From contig RSEE01000038.1 in NCBI GenBank assembly GCA_003971905.1, positions 186,001 to 250,000 on the forward strand: a stretch of DNA of 64,000 bases. Direction: 5' to 3'. The position numbers and the translations under genes were made by a program. The notes beneath the pieces were generated by a model. It had not been told where the DNA came from. It saw only the letters and a program-made list of their open reading frames with translations, and ran no database searches. The stretch comes from Moniliella sp. 'wahieum'. Taxonomy: Eukaryota. This document shows, piece after piece, positions 51,611-63,482 of this stretch (positions are counted from its first letter, which is position 1; each line of letters opens with the position of its first letter).

Positions 51611-51690
51611 CACCGCCACAATCGGCACCTTACCGCCACAATCGGCATACTACCGCCACAATCGGCATACTACCGCCACAATCGGCACAC
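51611..51690 (+). repeat. 4 x 20-bp tandem repeat inside the LTR element
   Basis: (Y)ACCGCCACAATCGGCA(YMY) x4: caccgccacaatcggcacct, taccgccacaatcggcatac x2, taccgccacaatcggcacac. Confidence 0.9.
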
Positions 51691-52410
51691 TCGTCCCCCA
51701 CAGATGGGGCAATGATTTTTAGGGACAACACACGACGGAACAAAACGTGTCGGGTATCGTCAACGAGACGAAATTCCTCCAACGACAAAACGGCGCAGGC
51801 GAATCGCAGAAAGCGGGGGTGGCTGCTCATCAAGTGCCCCACCCACGGCTACACGCCCCGGATTGCCAATTCATCCGGGGCACCTGGGGAAAGGATGGGG
51901 GGGGGTGGTCACCCAACTTCTTCCACTCCTCTTTTTCAACAACAAAGAGAACCCAAACAGATCAAGACGGTTGACGCATAGCGCCCGTTCATTTCCCATG
52001 CCCAATGGACCCCACTGGCACCAGGCATGCGGAACCAAACAACTACCAAACGCATCCAATTTTGATGCCAAACGACCTTGGACCGCATTTACTCCAAGTT
52101 TCCAATTTTCTTTCACTACACCTATAACTGGTGCTTTTTACTTTTGCCCACCAAATCGCTTCGGGGCGCAACCCCTACTACTTTTACTTCTAAGACTTCT
52201 ACAAGCATCTGGCGGTCGCACAATACACCAACCACAAGCGCTCGGCTCGTTCAGGTGTCATCCTGGACAGCGGGGGTGTAGGCCAGTCGTGTGGCCATGC
52301 ACAACTCCAGGCCATTCGTCCCGGTTGCCACTCAAGTCCTCCCCTCTCTACATCCACTGGCAGGAGCTCATCCCACAACCGATGTCTCCGGGTTCCCTGG
52401 CCAGCGGGGG

Positions 52411-52649
52411 TGTTGACTGTGATCCTCTGGCTCCCAGTCGGTAGACCAGGTTCGCCTCGGTTCCATCGGCTTCCACGTGACGTCCCTGCGTGTCACTGTC
52501 CCTGTGCCCTGCACTCTCTCCTGTGTGACTCACTGTCCCTGTGCCTAGTCCAGCCTCCTATATAGATGCCTCTGTACCCAGACCCAACTCTGGCTCCAAT
52601 CCATCACCTTCTCCTCATCCTTCTGCCCGTCCGGCTCCCTAGGCCAACA
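52411..52649 (+). repeat. 3' LTR (239 bp)
   Basis: Matches 51251-51490; followed by the TSD CGTTC. Confidence 0.93.
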
Positions 52650-53537
52650 CGTTCACTATCACTCCCCCTGCGTATACCACTCATTCCCCACACCCATTGG
52701 ATGGGCCACTAACCACTGCCGCTTTGCAGCATCCCCAAAACTTTTCTACTTTTCGAAACGGGCGAGTCTCTGAGGCTGAAGTGATCGGTGACGTTGAGGG
52801 TGACGTGTGACGTGTGAGGCCTCCTAGGCCTCAGGGGCAGATCAGGTTGATTGATTCACAGAGTATATTCACAGAAGGAGGACCGAGGACCAGAGTCGTG
52901 CGATTCAATTTTTCTTACAGGCTGCACCCAGCCAGTCACATGTGACGCGTGACGTCGCGCATCATGTCAACGTTGTCAACATTGCCAAAGACAAGCTGAC
53001 CGGCCCCTGCTGTGACCGCTGACCTTGAAGCTTGACATCTGCTGACCGGACTGACCGTACTGAGCTGAGCCACTGTCCCTCGTCGACGACAGGCAGCACC
53101 AGGCAACATTCCGCGCCCCCCGGTTCCTCCCGGCCACTGCCTCGAGATGGGTCCATGCGGCCATTGCCTAACATTGCGTAACATGTAACAGGCAACACCC
53201 GGCTCATCTGGTTTTCCTGTTCCCTGTCCTCCACGGCGTCAGAGCCCGCAACAAAAATATGCGCCCGCCACGTGAGACAGACCGCACTCGTGCAACATTG
53301 GGTTAGAGTCACATGTCACACGTCAGTCACATGTGGGGGCGGCGGTCACGTGCTCGACGTGCTCGGGTGAAATTGCAAGAGCTGTGGCGGGTGGATAGCT
53401 GGCAGGCGGGCAGGTGGGTACCCTGCTGGCTGGCGCCGCGGGCGCAGCAGCAGCTGCCGATCGGCGGGCCAGAGGCGCGGCGCCAGTGGGCGATCCTTGT
53501 CCCGCAGGATGCGTCTCGCCACCACCACCACCTTCGA

Positions 53538-54959
53538 ATGCGCTGCGCATCCTCCCCTGTTGCCGCTGCGCTTGCTCTCCTCGGCGCAGCAGCCCGCGCT
53601 GCTGCTGTCCAGGCCGGATTTGCCAACACCACCACTACCCTCTCTCAGACCGCCGGCTCGGCACCGCATCCACCCTCTCCCAGCGTGGCATCGCCCCCAA
53701 TGGCTGGGCGTGGGACCTGACTGCCTCCGCTCCCGCCTCCCGGCGGAGTCTGAGCCCACGCGCCGCGAACCAGTCGGCTGAGGACTGGGCCAAGAGCAGC
53801 CTCAACCTGTTCAATGGCCGCTTTGCTTCCAACCCTGGCAACCTCATTCTCACACCCGATCCTGCCGCCTCCAGCTCCAGCTCAGGGAGCGACAGCCAAG
53901 TCCTCTCTGTCACCTATGGCGCCAATTCATATGGCCTTCATTCGAATCCTACTGGCGGCACTGCATTTTACCCCCAGCCTTTCCTTGGAAGTAACGGTGG
54001 ACCTTCCTCCAGCAGCACGCCCTATGTCGTTGCTTCCCACACTGCTGGCCAGACCAATGCGTCCGACCCGTCCCGTCCGCAACTCGCGCTTACCTACTCA
54101 GTCTATCCCCTCAGACTTTAACTTTGTACAGGGAGGTAAGCTGCCCGGACTGTACTCCTCCGTCGGGGCATCAGGCAATGTGCCGATCAATGCTTCCACC
54201 TCCGGCTGTGAAGGCGGGTCGCTCGACGGGACCGGCACCTCCTGCTGGTCGGCTCGGGTGATGTGGCGCACAGGCGGCCAAGGCGAGATCTATGTCTACA
54301 TCCCCCAAAAGTTGGGGGAGGGTACAAGCTTTGCCCAGCCAAGAAGGCAACGCCCAAGGGTACCAGCATCATTTGCAATTCCGACTATGGCGCGTCTCGC
54401 TCGGACGTGGCTCCTTTACGTTCAGCAAAGGCAGCTGGACCAACTTGGCGCTCTACGTTCAGGTCAATGAGCCCAACGTTGCCAATGGTGTAATTGAATT
54501 GTACGTCAATGGAGCTTCCACGTCCGCTGTTTCGCTCAGTGGTGTCGTCTTCCGCACTGCCACCATCAATGCCGGCTCGGCCTCCTCACCGAACAATATC
54601 GCCTCCCACGCACGACGTGACATGTGGGATAACAACGGTCAGACGTGGGTAGACAAGATCATGTTTACTTCATTCTTTGGTGGTGCTTCGTCTTCATGGG
54701 CCACACCTAGTGCCACCCAAACTTACTTTAAAGATATCGCGGTACGTCCCTTTGACACAGTTTTTTTCTTCTTTTCCCTGCTTAGCGAATTGGCGATTGG
54801 GATTTGGAGTTGCTGATGTTTGCTTAGCTGTTTGCCGGAGACTCCTTCTCCTCTGTCAAGGGCAAGTCGTTCACACTTAGCCCAGCAAATCGCCTGGCCC
54901 AGTCCTCTTGGGGCCCCATCGCCCTCCTCATGGTGATAGCGATGGCCATCCTTCTTTAA
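53538..54959 (+). CDS. Secreted polysaccharide lyase family 14 (alginate/glucuronan lyase-like), possibly GPI-anchored; intron ~54742-54828; frameshifted
   Basis: Signal peptide MRCASSPVAAALALLGAAARA; FNFVQGGKLPGLY, CWSARVMWRTGGQGEIYVY, CNSDYG-SLGRGSFTF, NGVIELYVNG, FTSFFGG..SSWATP..QTYFKD; hydrophobic tail IALLMVIAMAILL*. Confidence 0.85.
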
Positions 54960-57900
54960 AATACCTCACACATCACCTTTAATGGGGGGCCCAACATTTA
55001 CCTTCTACGCACCCCGCCCCCATTTCTTTTCCCCCTCAGTGCCTTAGCTGAATCCTCAATCCTTGTTCTCTCCACCGTTGTGCAACACGCGTCACTCGTC
55101 ACTAGTCACAGGACCCCCGCCTGTGCTTTGTATCCTCTCCCGCCTCTTCGTCAAGGAATGTCGGCTGTTGGATCCAGCACGTCGATCACAATGGGGTCAT
55201 CCCTGCTTTTGTTTTTCTCTTTCGAGCGGAGGGTGTTGGTTGCCTGCATCTTTCTTTGTACCTCTTCCTCGGGCGATCTATCTCCAAAGAAACATGTACT
55301 CCGCTCAAAGTTTCCTTTGATACGTCTCTGTCGTTGCACGATCAATGAGGATGAAGCTTGAACGAAGCCTCACGCCTCAGGCGTCACTGTTTCCGCTGTG
55401 GGACGGTAGCCTTGCCGCTGTCTCTAGTCGCGGGCGTGCCCCTACATGCAAGCGCGTTGTTTACGGAGTGCCGGGTACCTGATACCCAGCGTATCTGATG
55501 TAGGGGTAACCGGTAACTGGTAACGCGGTAACGGGCCAACCTAACCCAAATGCGTCGGTTACATCATGCATATCACCTGATATCCTGGCAAACTAATAGA
55601 TTACTTGACGTGAACGTTGGTTGACACGAGCAGCGTGGCGCCGGCAGCCAGGGCCAAAAGCGAAACCAGGACGTAGCGAAACCAACCGGGCGCCAGTGCG
55701 CAGGATTCGATCCCCCCCTCCCTACCCACAGATCCGGCGCCCAAATTGCACGCCAGCAGGATTTATTTGTTCTAAGGCAACCGATACCGACAGGTAGTCA
55801 GTGCGCCACACGAGAGCAACCGCCAAGGTCATGAGTGCGGTCACCTCCTGGCAGTGCCCACGATCAACCCCATATAAAGCCGCTGTGGACTAAGAATGCA
55901 TTGGAGGCGAGCGACCAATCGTCTTGTTCTACACCCTCCCTCAATACCAGCCTCGCTAGGACTCAGCTCGGGGATGATATATGATACCTCTATTATAGCA
56001 ACTACATAAGGAACAGGGACGACGACTCTTTGGTCCGAAGCTCGAGCTTCAGGCCTACGTCTGTGGTCCCGTTGCCCGACGAGCTAAAGGGCTGCCTCCC
56101 TCTCGGCCTCCGTCAGGCAAGATAGTCATTTCCCTGGAAACCACCCCGTTTCACCTGGCGTACCGCCCCTCATTTTCCACATTTGCCGTCTCTCCCTGTT
56201 GCATTCAAGATTGGACTAGCGTCCGCGTCAGGCCGCATCAGGAGCTTTTTTACAAGAGGTTCTTTTGCTGACTGTTTCCTTCTCTTCTCTTCGTGCACAA
56301 TGTACAGATCGCGTCAGTCACGCTCCTTGGCAATTTGGAAGTTCGTAATGTTGAGACCCCCGCGGTCCTGTACACAGGCCATCAAGGCACTTTATCATCC
56401 TTTCCCCTGGATTTGACCTCCGAAGCTCCCACGTGTATATCCTCTCGGGCTTGTTCGAACCCCTGTCCCTTCCAGGTGTGGCAGAAGGCTTAGAGCTGAA
56501 CTGAACAACCACCACCATCGCGATTGCATTGCTACATCTCCAGAGGTTCACCACCCAAACAATCATGGGTTCTTCCGGTCTTACACATAGCTGTTCTCTG
56601 GCGTGTGACGCACAGCCGCGGTCAATCTTCAGGGAGGGAGCGCTTTCTCGTGACTGCCTCCTCGTCCACACATCCGCCGATCCCTCCGAATGTATTATTC
56701 CTTGTGTTTTGCCCCATTATTGCGGGCTGGTACTTACCAATTGCCTGGCCGTTGTCCAGTCTTGAAGTATAAGTCTCGAAAGAATCTCTCACTTCTCATC
56801 CCAAAATCGAATGACCTACTTCCGCCCTACTCCCACCCTCCCTTCTACTCTACTCCTATTATACTAGCCACCGTTGGGCATGGGATCGAGGCTAGACCCG
56901 CCCTTTCTTGACTCCTCTTCATCGACTTCATCCATCTGTTTTCAAGCTTCACTTCAAGCTGCATCTTCGTTGTGCGTCTTCATCATTTTCGCACATGCAT
57001 CAGGGTGGATAATATTAGCGAGTTTTATTATGACGCAGTGCGCGTTACGCGTTACGCTATTCATACGCAGTAAAACGCGTGACGCGGGACGTGACGTGGC
57101 GCATGCGACTGCAATCGGTGGATCTGAGGCTTCTCTGAGAGGCCTGAAGCTTGAAAGATTCAGAGCGTAAGAGCTTGGGGCGAGCATCCCCGATATCCCC
57201 GGTGGGCTAGTGCCAGGGAGGCGGGTGCTCACCGGTCACTGGTGATTCAACTGGATATCGTTTCTTTTACATTTCACTTATTATCGACGCCCCCAATCAA
57301 TCGATAACCGATAACCGGATTCATCACCGGTCACGGATCACCCTCCACTCACCCACTCGATCCCACTTGGGACATGTGACGATGCGACCAGTGAGAGTGA
57401 AGCTAGTGACCGGTGAAGCTCGAAGACCACGCATTAGTGCCACCTGGCAGATCGCAGAGCTGGCGGTGCACGGGCCACATGCAGGTACAGGAGTAGCAGG
57501 TGCACGGGCCCACGGCTGCGTTGGCTGCATGGAACCGGGACAGGGGCAGTGGTGGGCGAGGCGGTGATGAGGCTAACATACTGTGGAGTTTGAGGCAGTG
57601 CTTCGCGCTCGGCTGGCGTACCTGCCGGCGATAGCACGCTATGCATGATGCGAGGCTAGGCGGCTATGCACGACGCCATGCTGTGAGGCAGTGCTAATGT
57701 TCGTGGCTATTAGTGGGTAGTGACTTGCTGCCCACCAGTCACCGGTCACCTCGTATCCCTTGCGTCACCGCATCATGAGCAGCAGAGCAGCACGAGTGGC
57801 AGGCAGTGTGGGATGGCACTGGCGAGCGTCCACATACAACAGCCTCGTCTCCTCGCTACGTCACGCGTCGTTATGCTGTTGGGGTTGGGAGACGGGACAG

Positions 57901-58945
57901 ACGAGGGACCTGGCGGTCGGCCGAGACTCGGCGTCCGTGCGCAATTTGTGCTCTGGTCAGAGGCATGGGTGCGCTGTCCTCGTTGCGCACGTCTCGCCTC
58001 TCCCGTCGTTCATCCACATCTCACATCTCAGAATCTCAGATCTCATCATCAAATGCATCTTGTCTGAGATGTGCAATCGGCCTTGGGCGCTTCGTTTCCG
58101 CGTTGCCCACGGTACCTCAGTACGTCCTCAGTCCTCAAGCCAGTTCTAGTTTACTCAGTACCTCAGAACTCAGCACACTCAGTCCCATCGCCTGCGATCC
58201 ACCACTGTGCACTCGCACACCGTTCCTACCACGCCGCCCAAACACGACCGAGTACGCCCTGAGGCCTCAGAGTTCGATCCGCACAGCGCCCTTGTCCCGC
58301 GACCCGCTGGAGCCACATGTCGAGCCAAGGGAACAGCCAACACGCATGGCGGCACCATCCAACTGCTGCTGTGCGTGCTGTGGCTGCGGTGGCACGGCCA
58401 TTGTCTGCTACTCTGACAACAGTATACAGACTAGTCACATGTCACAGTGGCAGTAACGGATACTCGCTCATCGCGCACGCACTCACTGCCCTCACGCTGG
58501 AGCGCTCCGCGGTGCCGGGCCTGCACCGCATCGCATCGCAGCAGCTCTCAACGTTCTCAGATATCCAACTACGTGTCTACTCCCCCCCTTCTTGTCTTTC
58601 CAGAACGGCACCAGCCGGCATCCCAACGATGCCTCTTCGGAATCTCATTGATCATCATGCATCACATGCACAATCCCGTCGCCATTCCACCCCATCCTAT
58701 CCCCCCGCGCCTCACCGCATCTTCGTTCTCCATGCAGACGTCCGTGCGCCCCGGGCGATGGCGTCAGGAAGATCACAAAGCACTTCAACAGTCTCAACAC
58801 ACTGGGCCTGTGCAGGCTGAGCATGCTTGCTTCCCCTGATGCACAGCCTGCTCCAATCCCCGTTGAACGTTGAAAGCTGGATGCTTGGGGTGCAATGCAA
58901 TGTACGCTTTCAGGGGCCCAGGGACCAGCTACCGAACTGGGGAAG

Positions 58946-58955
58946 CATATATAAC
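58946..58955 (+). promoter_or_regulatory. Putative TATA box of the Gly-rich gene
   Basis: CATATATAA ~90 bp upstream of the ATG at 59044. Confidence 0.55.
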
Positions 58956-59043
58956 CCCCTCTTCCGCACGAGCCCCACTCTCATCACCTCCAACCAACCC
59001 CCTCTACCACCCCTCACTTCCTCTTGAACCAACACAACTAATC

Positions 59044-59701
59044 ATGGGCCTTTTCGACTCTGTACGTTACTACCTCCGTGGCCCTTTACCTTCCTTTCCA
59101 TCCGCATTCATTTCTTCCTTCCTTGCCTCCCATCGGTTTCCCTAACCATTTCCTCTTCTCTCTTTTTCTCTTTAAGGCTAAGCAATTCGCCGAGAACAAG
59201 GCTGAGCAGCAGTTTGGTGGTGGCAACAACAACCAATCTGGGGCTTTGGCGGCAACTCGGGCTCTGACTCGTACGGCTCGGGCAACCAGGGCGGTGACTC
59301 GTTCGGTTCGGGCAACCAGTCGGTGGCGGCTTCGGCGGCAACTCCGGCTCGGACTCGTACGGCTCCAACGACCAGTCTGGCGGCTTCGGCGGCAACTCGG
59401 GCGGCGACTCGTACGGCTCGGGCAACCAGTCCGGTGGCGGCTTTGGCGGCAACTCGGGCGGTGACTCGTACGGCAACGACCAGTCGGCGGCGGCTTCGGC
59501 GGCAACTCGGGCGGTGACCCTACGGCTCGGGCAACCAGGGCGGTGACTCGTTCGGGGGCAACCAGTCGGGTGGCGGCTTCGGCGGCATCGGGCGGTGACT
59601 CGTACGGCAACGACCAGTCCGGCGGCTTCGGCGGCAACTCGGGCGGCGACTCGTACGGCTCGGGCAACCAGGGCGGCTACGGTGGCAACGGTGGCTTCTA
59701 A
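59044..59701 (+). CDS. Small Gly/Ser/Asn-rich tandem-repeat protein (GGFGGNSGGDSYGSGNQS repeats); intron ~59062-59176; frameshifted
   Basis: MGLFDS|AKQFAENKAEQQFGGGNNNQSG, then repeated ggcggcttcggcggcaactcgggcggYgactcgtacggc units. Confidence 0.8.
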
Positions 59702-61199
59702 GTCATGCTTGTTTGCTGTGAGACCACTTAGCTCGTCTCTTGTTAATCGTTCACTATGTATCGATCTTTCGGGTTTGCATCGTTGTAGTCCTGGTTTGGA
59801 GTATAGAGGTGGCAGCCGCCGCTACCGACAGACGTGGGTCTCCTTACCAACGCCCAACACCTTCAGGTCCACGTGCAGGTCACCCCACGTTTCTTGCTGG
59901 TTTCATGTGTTGAACGTGTTGAACGCTGCAGCTTATGGCCGCATCAGCCCCAGACTTTCCATCACTGCATGTGCCTTTTCTATACTAGGCGAACTCAGGC
60001 CCTCGAAAGATGTGCATTTGGCGTCCATACTTATCAAGCCTTTGGAAGGGCTGTGAAACGGTCGATGCTTCGATTGGTCGGTCTCTTCAAGCGAAGTGAG
60101 CGTAGTGAGCCTCCCCCGCCCTCACCCAGGTCGAATCAACAACGCTAGCCAAGCCTTTCCATTGGCCGCTACGACTAGGGGGGCATTTGTAATTAGGAAA
60201 TCGACGCCGCGCACGTTGCCAATCTGTCCCCTTATATCGAACAAATTTCAATTTTTGGGCCTCTGCCGACCAAGTCTGCCGCCATTGAAAGACTCAGCGC
60301 CATTATGTGGCGCGACGTTACTAGTTACTACGCCCGCTGTCCTCAACGTCCTCAACACTCCCAATGCCCTCAGCGCCAGCCATCCCAAACAAAATAACAT
60401 GTAACAGCGCAATCTTATACAAAACAAAAGATCCAGATCCTGGATGAGAAAGCGAATCGACGCCAAAGCCAAGAGGGCACCGAGTCACGCGGTTGTGTGG
60501 TTATCCGGTCATATGAGAGTCGTGCGGTCGAAAGAGAGAAAGAGAGAGAAATTAGATGGACGATGCAGGAGTGCGGCGATTACGGCGAGCCTTCTCCAAC
60601 TTTCCTCTCTTCGTCGGCACTTGACCCGGTTGGAGGGCGTGCCAAGTGGGCGCGGATTCCATCAGCAATGGCTTCCCGGGGGCAGGCGTCTTTGGAGGCA
60701 AGAGGGACATCAACACAGTGAGAAACTACTCCGGGTTTGGATGTGAAAACCCATCGCGAGACAAGGCAGATTCTCGTTAGCATATCCCACCAACGAGACG
60801 ATTCCGCATCCGCCGGTGCGGGTCCCCTCGATCGACCGACCACAGCTTGAAACAGAAGCCTAGGAACCTACTTGGAAATGGAAAGTCGCTAGAGGTGTTT
60901 TGCACTTAAACGCAGGAGGCATGAGAGGACGAAGGTTGCGCTTGGGGAAGCGCTTCTTGCGCCAGATGGCTGTAGGCAACGCGCGGTGGCGATAGGCAGC
61001 TGAACTGCGACGTGCCTTCTCTAGCTTACCGGGCCGCATGACGAAAAAGGGGTATTGACTGGCCGGGCTTGGGTGATCGGGGACGATGCTCTGGATGGTA
61101 GGGGACGAAAGGCATTGTGAATGGAGAACCATTGCTGATATGCTGCTGTGGTGTGGAGATGAAGGTGGGGATGGATAGATGGTTGGATAAATGAAGGGA

Positions 61200-61255
61200 T
61201 GGCTGGCTGAATGGCTAAATGGCCGAATGGTTGACTGGCTGAATAGTCGAATGGT
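61200..61255. repeat. Degenerate 8-bp tandem repeat (TGGCTGAA-like)
   Basis: tggctggctgaatggctaaatggccgaatggttgactggctgaatagtcgaatgg. Confidence 0.6.
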
Positions 61256-62604
61256 GGGGTGCAATCAAACAACACTTCGCTTGATAGGTGAGTGAGAGGG
61301 GTATCGGTTATGTATATAGTGGGCTGTTGCACCCCCGCAAATTGGTCCGATGACGCGGATGACGATGTGTCTCGGAAACCCCCACACCAATTGGCTGAGA
61401 GCAGGCGCACCAAGAGAGGGTCCTGAATCCCTCCCTGCGCACAGACAGCGCATCAGTTCTCCACACAGTGCCGTATAGCTCTGCGTCAATGATGTGTGTG
61501 TGCCAACCCCCTATATTGCTATCCGGAGGCCCCTTCTTTCCCCTTTCAAGCGGTATCGCCCTACAGCCTCCTGTACTTCGTATTGAGCTGGTGACTAGAG
61601 TGACCAGTGACCCTGAGTCACCCTAGTCACGCGCTGCAGTAAGATCTGAGATTAGAGCGCAGCCATCCACTTGTTTGTGTGGGGTCTGGCGACTGCCTAC
61701 TGCCTCTGAATCGATATCGATCCTTGGCATACTCGGACAGAACTGATTCTCGATTCTGAGCGCTGCGTTCACTACGCTCAGTTCAGGCGCTCTGGCTCCC
61801 CTCCTATCACTGAGTCAAGTGCGTAAGTGCGCCTGGGCGCCGAGTGTCTGGAGCCAATGCCCAGATCTCAGGATACTCAGTCTATTCAACTCATTGCGTT
61901 TTCATTGAACGCATTCGAACAATCCACAAGCCAAAAGCCAAGGTAGAAATGGGATGGAGTATAAATTGCCTCCTACCTACTACGGCTCGCGGCCTGCTCA
62001 GCCTGAGCGCCTTTTAGGGCAGCGCTCAGCCAGCCACTCAGCTCTATTATAGGTAACGTTTTTGCCATATATCATGCACATCATGCATCATGGCAGTAGT
62101 GGCGCCACTAACACCTCCCATAGCTTATCCGGTTCCCAAAACACGATATTATTTCCACCGATTCTCAGCCCGAGCAGACACGGCTCACACCACAGCAGCA
62201 TCCCGGTCGCCAATTAGTAAAGACGCGCCGCAGTCAGCAAAACTGCGTCATTATAAAAGCGCTACCACACACTGTTGGCCCCAGCCGGGGAGGCCCTCCA
62301 GCTCGACTATCTGTTCGATCACCTCTGCCCGCGCCGAGTTCTGTACCGTTGCCACCATTGAGTTGAGTCCACCTCATTTTTGGAGGGAAGTTAGTACTTA
62401 GTGCCTGCAGCACGAGTGGGCCGTATGCAACTCATCATCTTTTGAGTGCTGCTTCCGAAGGGCCAACCCTAGTTGACGACTATAAATCTGACACGGGAAG
62501 GACAGCTTACGTCAGTCGCCCTTTCCGCCCCTGCGGGGGGACAGCGACGCGATGTCGTTAAAATCGATGACCGTATCTCCCTTCCTCCATCTGTCCTGCA
62601 CAGA

Positions 62605-63482
62605 ATGGCGTCACATCTACTCCGCCAGGCGGTTGCGTCGCCTGCCAGCCGCTTGCCGGTCCACATGCACATCCGTTTGGCCCACGGGTCGGCTCGGATG
62701 CTGGCCGCCTACTCTTTCCCCTCCTCCACAGCCCCTGCTGCATCCTCCCCCAGCAGCCGAGCCAAATCCGCCGCCGTCACCACCGCCAGTCAGGCAGGTC
62801 CTTCGGGTACCCAGCCACCTGTGTCCCACGCCCAAGGGCCTGAGTGGGTTGCCAATGACTTTTCCGGCATGTCTCAGCAACCCTTTCCGCGCGAAACGGC
62901 CGATGTGCTGATGGCGCCACTCGATTCTAAGGATGTTGAGATCACGCCCGGTACGTTGCCCGCCGTGTCTTGTCCTACTCAGCTCTGCCTTGCCCAAAGC
63001 TAACCCTTTGCTGGTGGTGGAACTGCGTCCTGTGCCATACAGACGGCCTGCTGTACCTACCGGAGATCAAGTACCGCCGCATCCTCAACCGCGCTTTCGG
63101 TCCGGGTGGCTGGGGCTTGGCCCCGCGCGGTCAGAGCGTGGTGTCGGCCAAGGTGGTAAGTCGGGAATGGGCAATGCTCTGCCTCGGGCGTCTGGTTGCT
63201 GTGGCCCGTGGGGAACAGAATTACTTTGACCCGGATGGGATTCCTACCGCGGCAGAGGGAGCCAAGTCGAACGCGCTGATGCGCTGTTGCAAAGACTTGG
63301 GCATTGCGTCAGAACTGTGGGACCCACGCTTCATTCGTACCTTTAAGGGGGCCATGCGGTCCAGGTCTGGACCGAGAGCCGCGACGGTAAAAAGAACTAC
63401 TGTGGCGGCGTAAAGATAGCCCCCGTTTACTTACCCGTGGCGGGAACAGTGGTTGAGTTTGTACGCCATTACATGCCATTGA
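62605..63482 (+). CDS. MGM101: Mitochondrial genome maintenance protein Mgm101 (Rad52-like); intron ~62951-63042; 3' end frameshifted and approximate
   Basis: [88 protein letters not shown]; presequence-like N-terminus. Confidence 0.95.

Larger units (their letters stand above)
51251..52649 (+). mobile_element. Non-autonomous miniature LTR retrotransposon (TRIM-like, probably Ty1/copia-dependent), 1399 bp
   Basis: Direct repeats 51251-51490 and 52411-52649, both TGTTG...CAACA. 5-bp TSD CGTTC at 51246-51250 and 52650-52654. G-rich tract AGCGGGGG abuts the 3' LTR. No recognisable gag/pol in the 920-bp interior. Confidence 0.93.

Noticed and set aside
51611..51690. CRISPR-like array
   Set aside because: Units are contiguous with no unique spacers, the genome is eukaryotic, and no cas genes are present.
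56180..56480. Possible non-LTR retrotransposon remnant (minus-strand ACVQDRGGLNI)
   Set aside because: A single short GGL-type motif among stops, with no RT motifs; insufficient support.
910..63482. Frameshifts in almost every gene, read as pseudogenisation or programmed frameshifting
   Set aside because: They hit highly conserved housekeeping genes (NOP58, ALG1, ISWI, MGM101), are mostly single-base losses often in homopolymers, and motifs stay intact on both sides. This is typical long-read consensus error.
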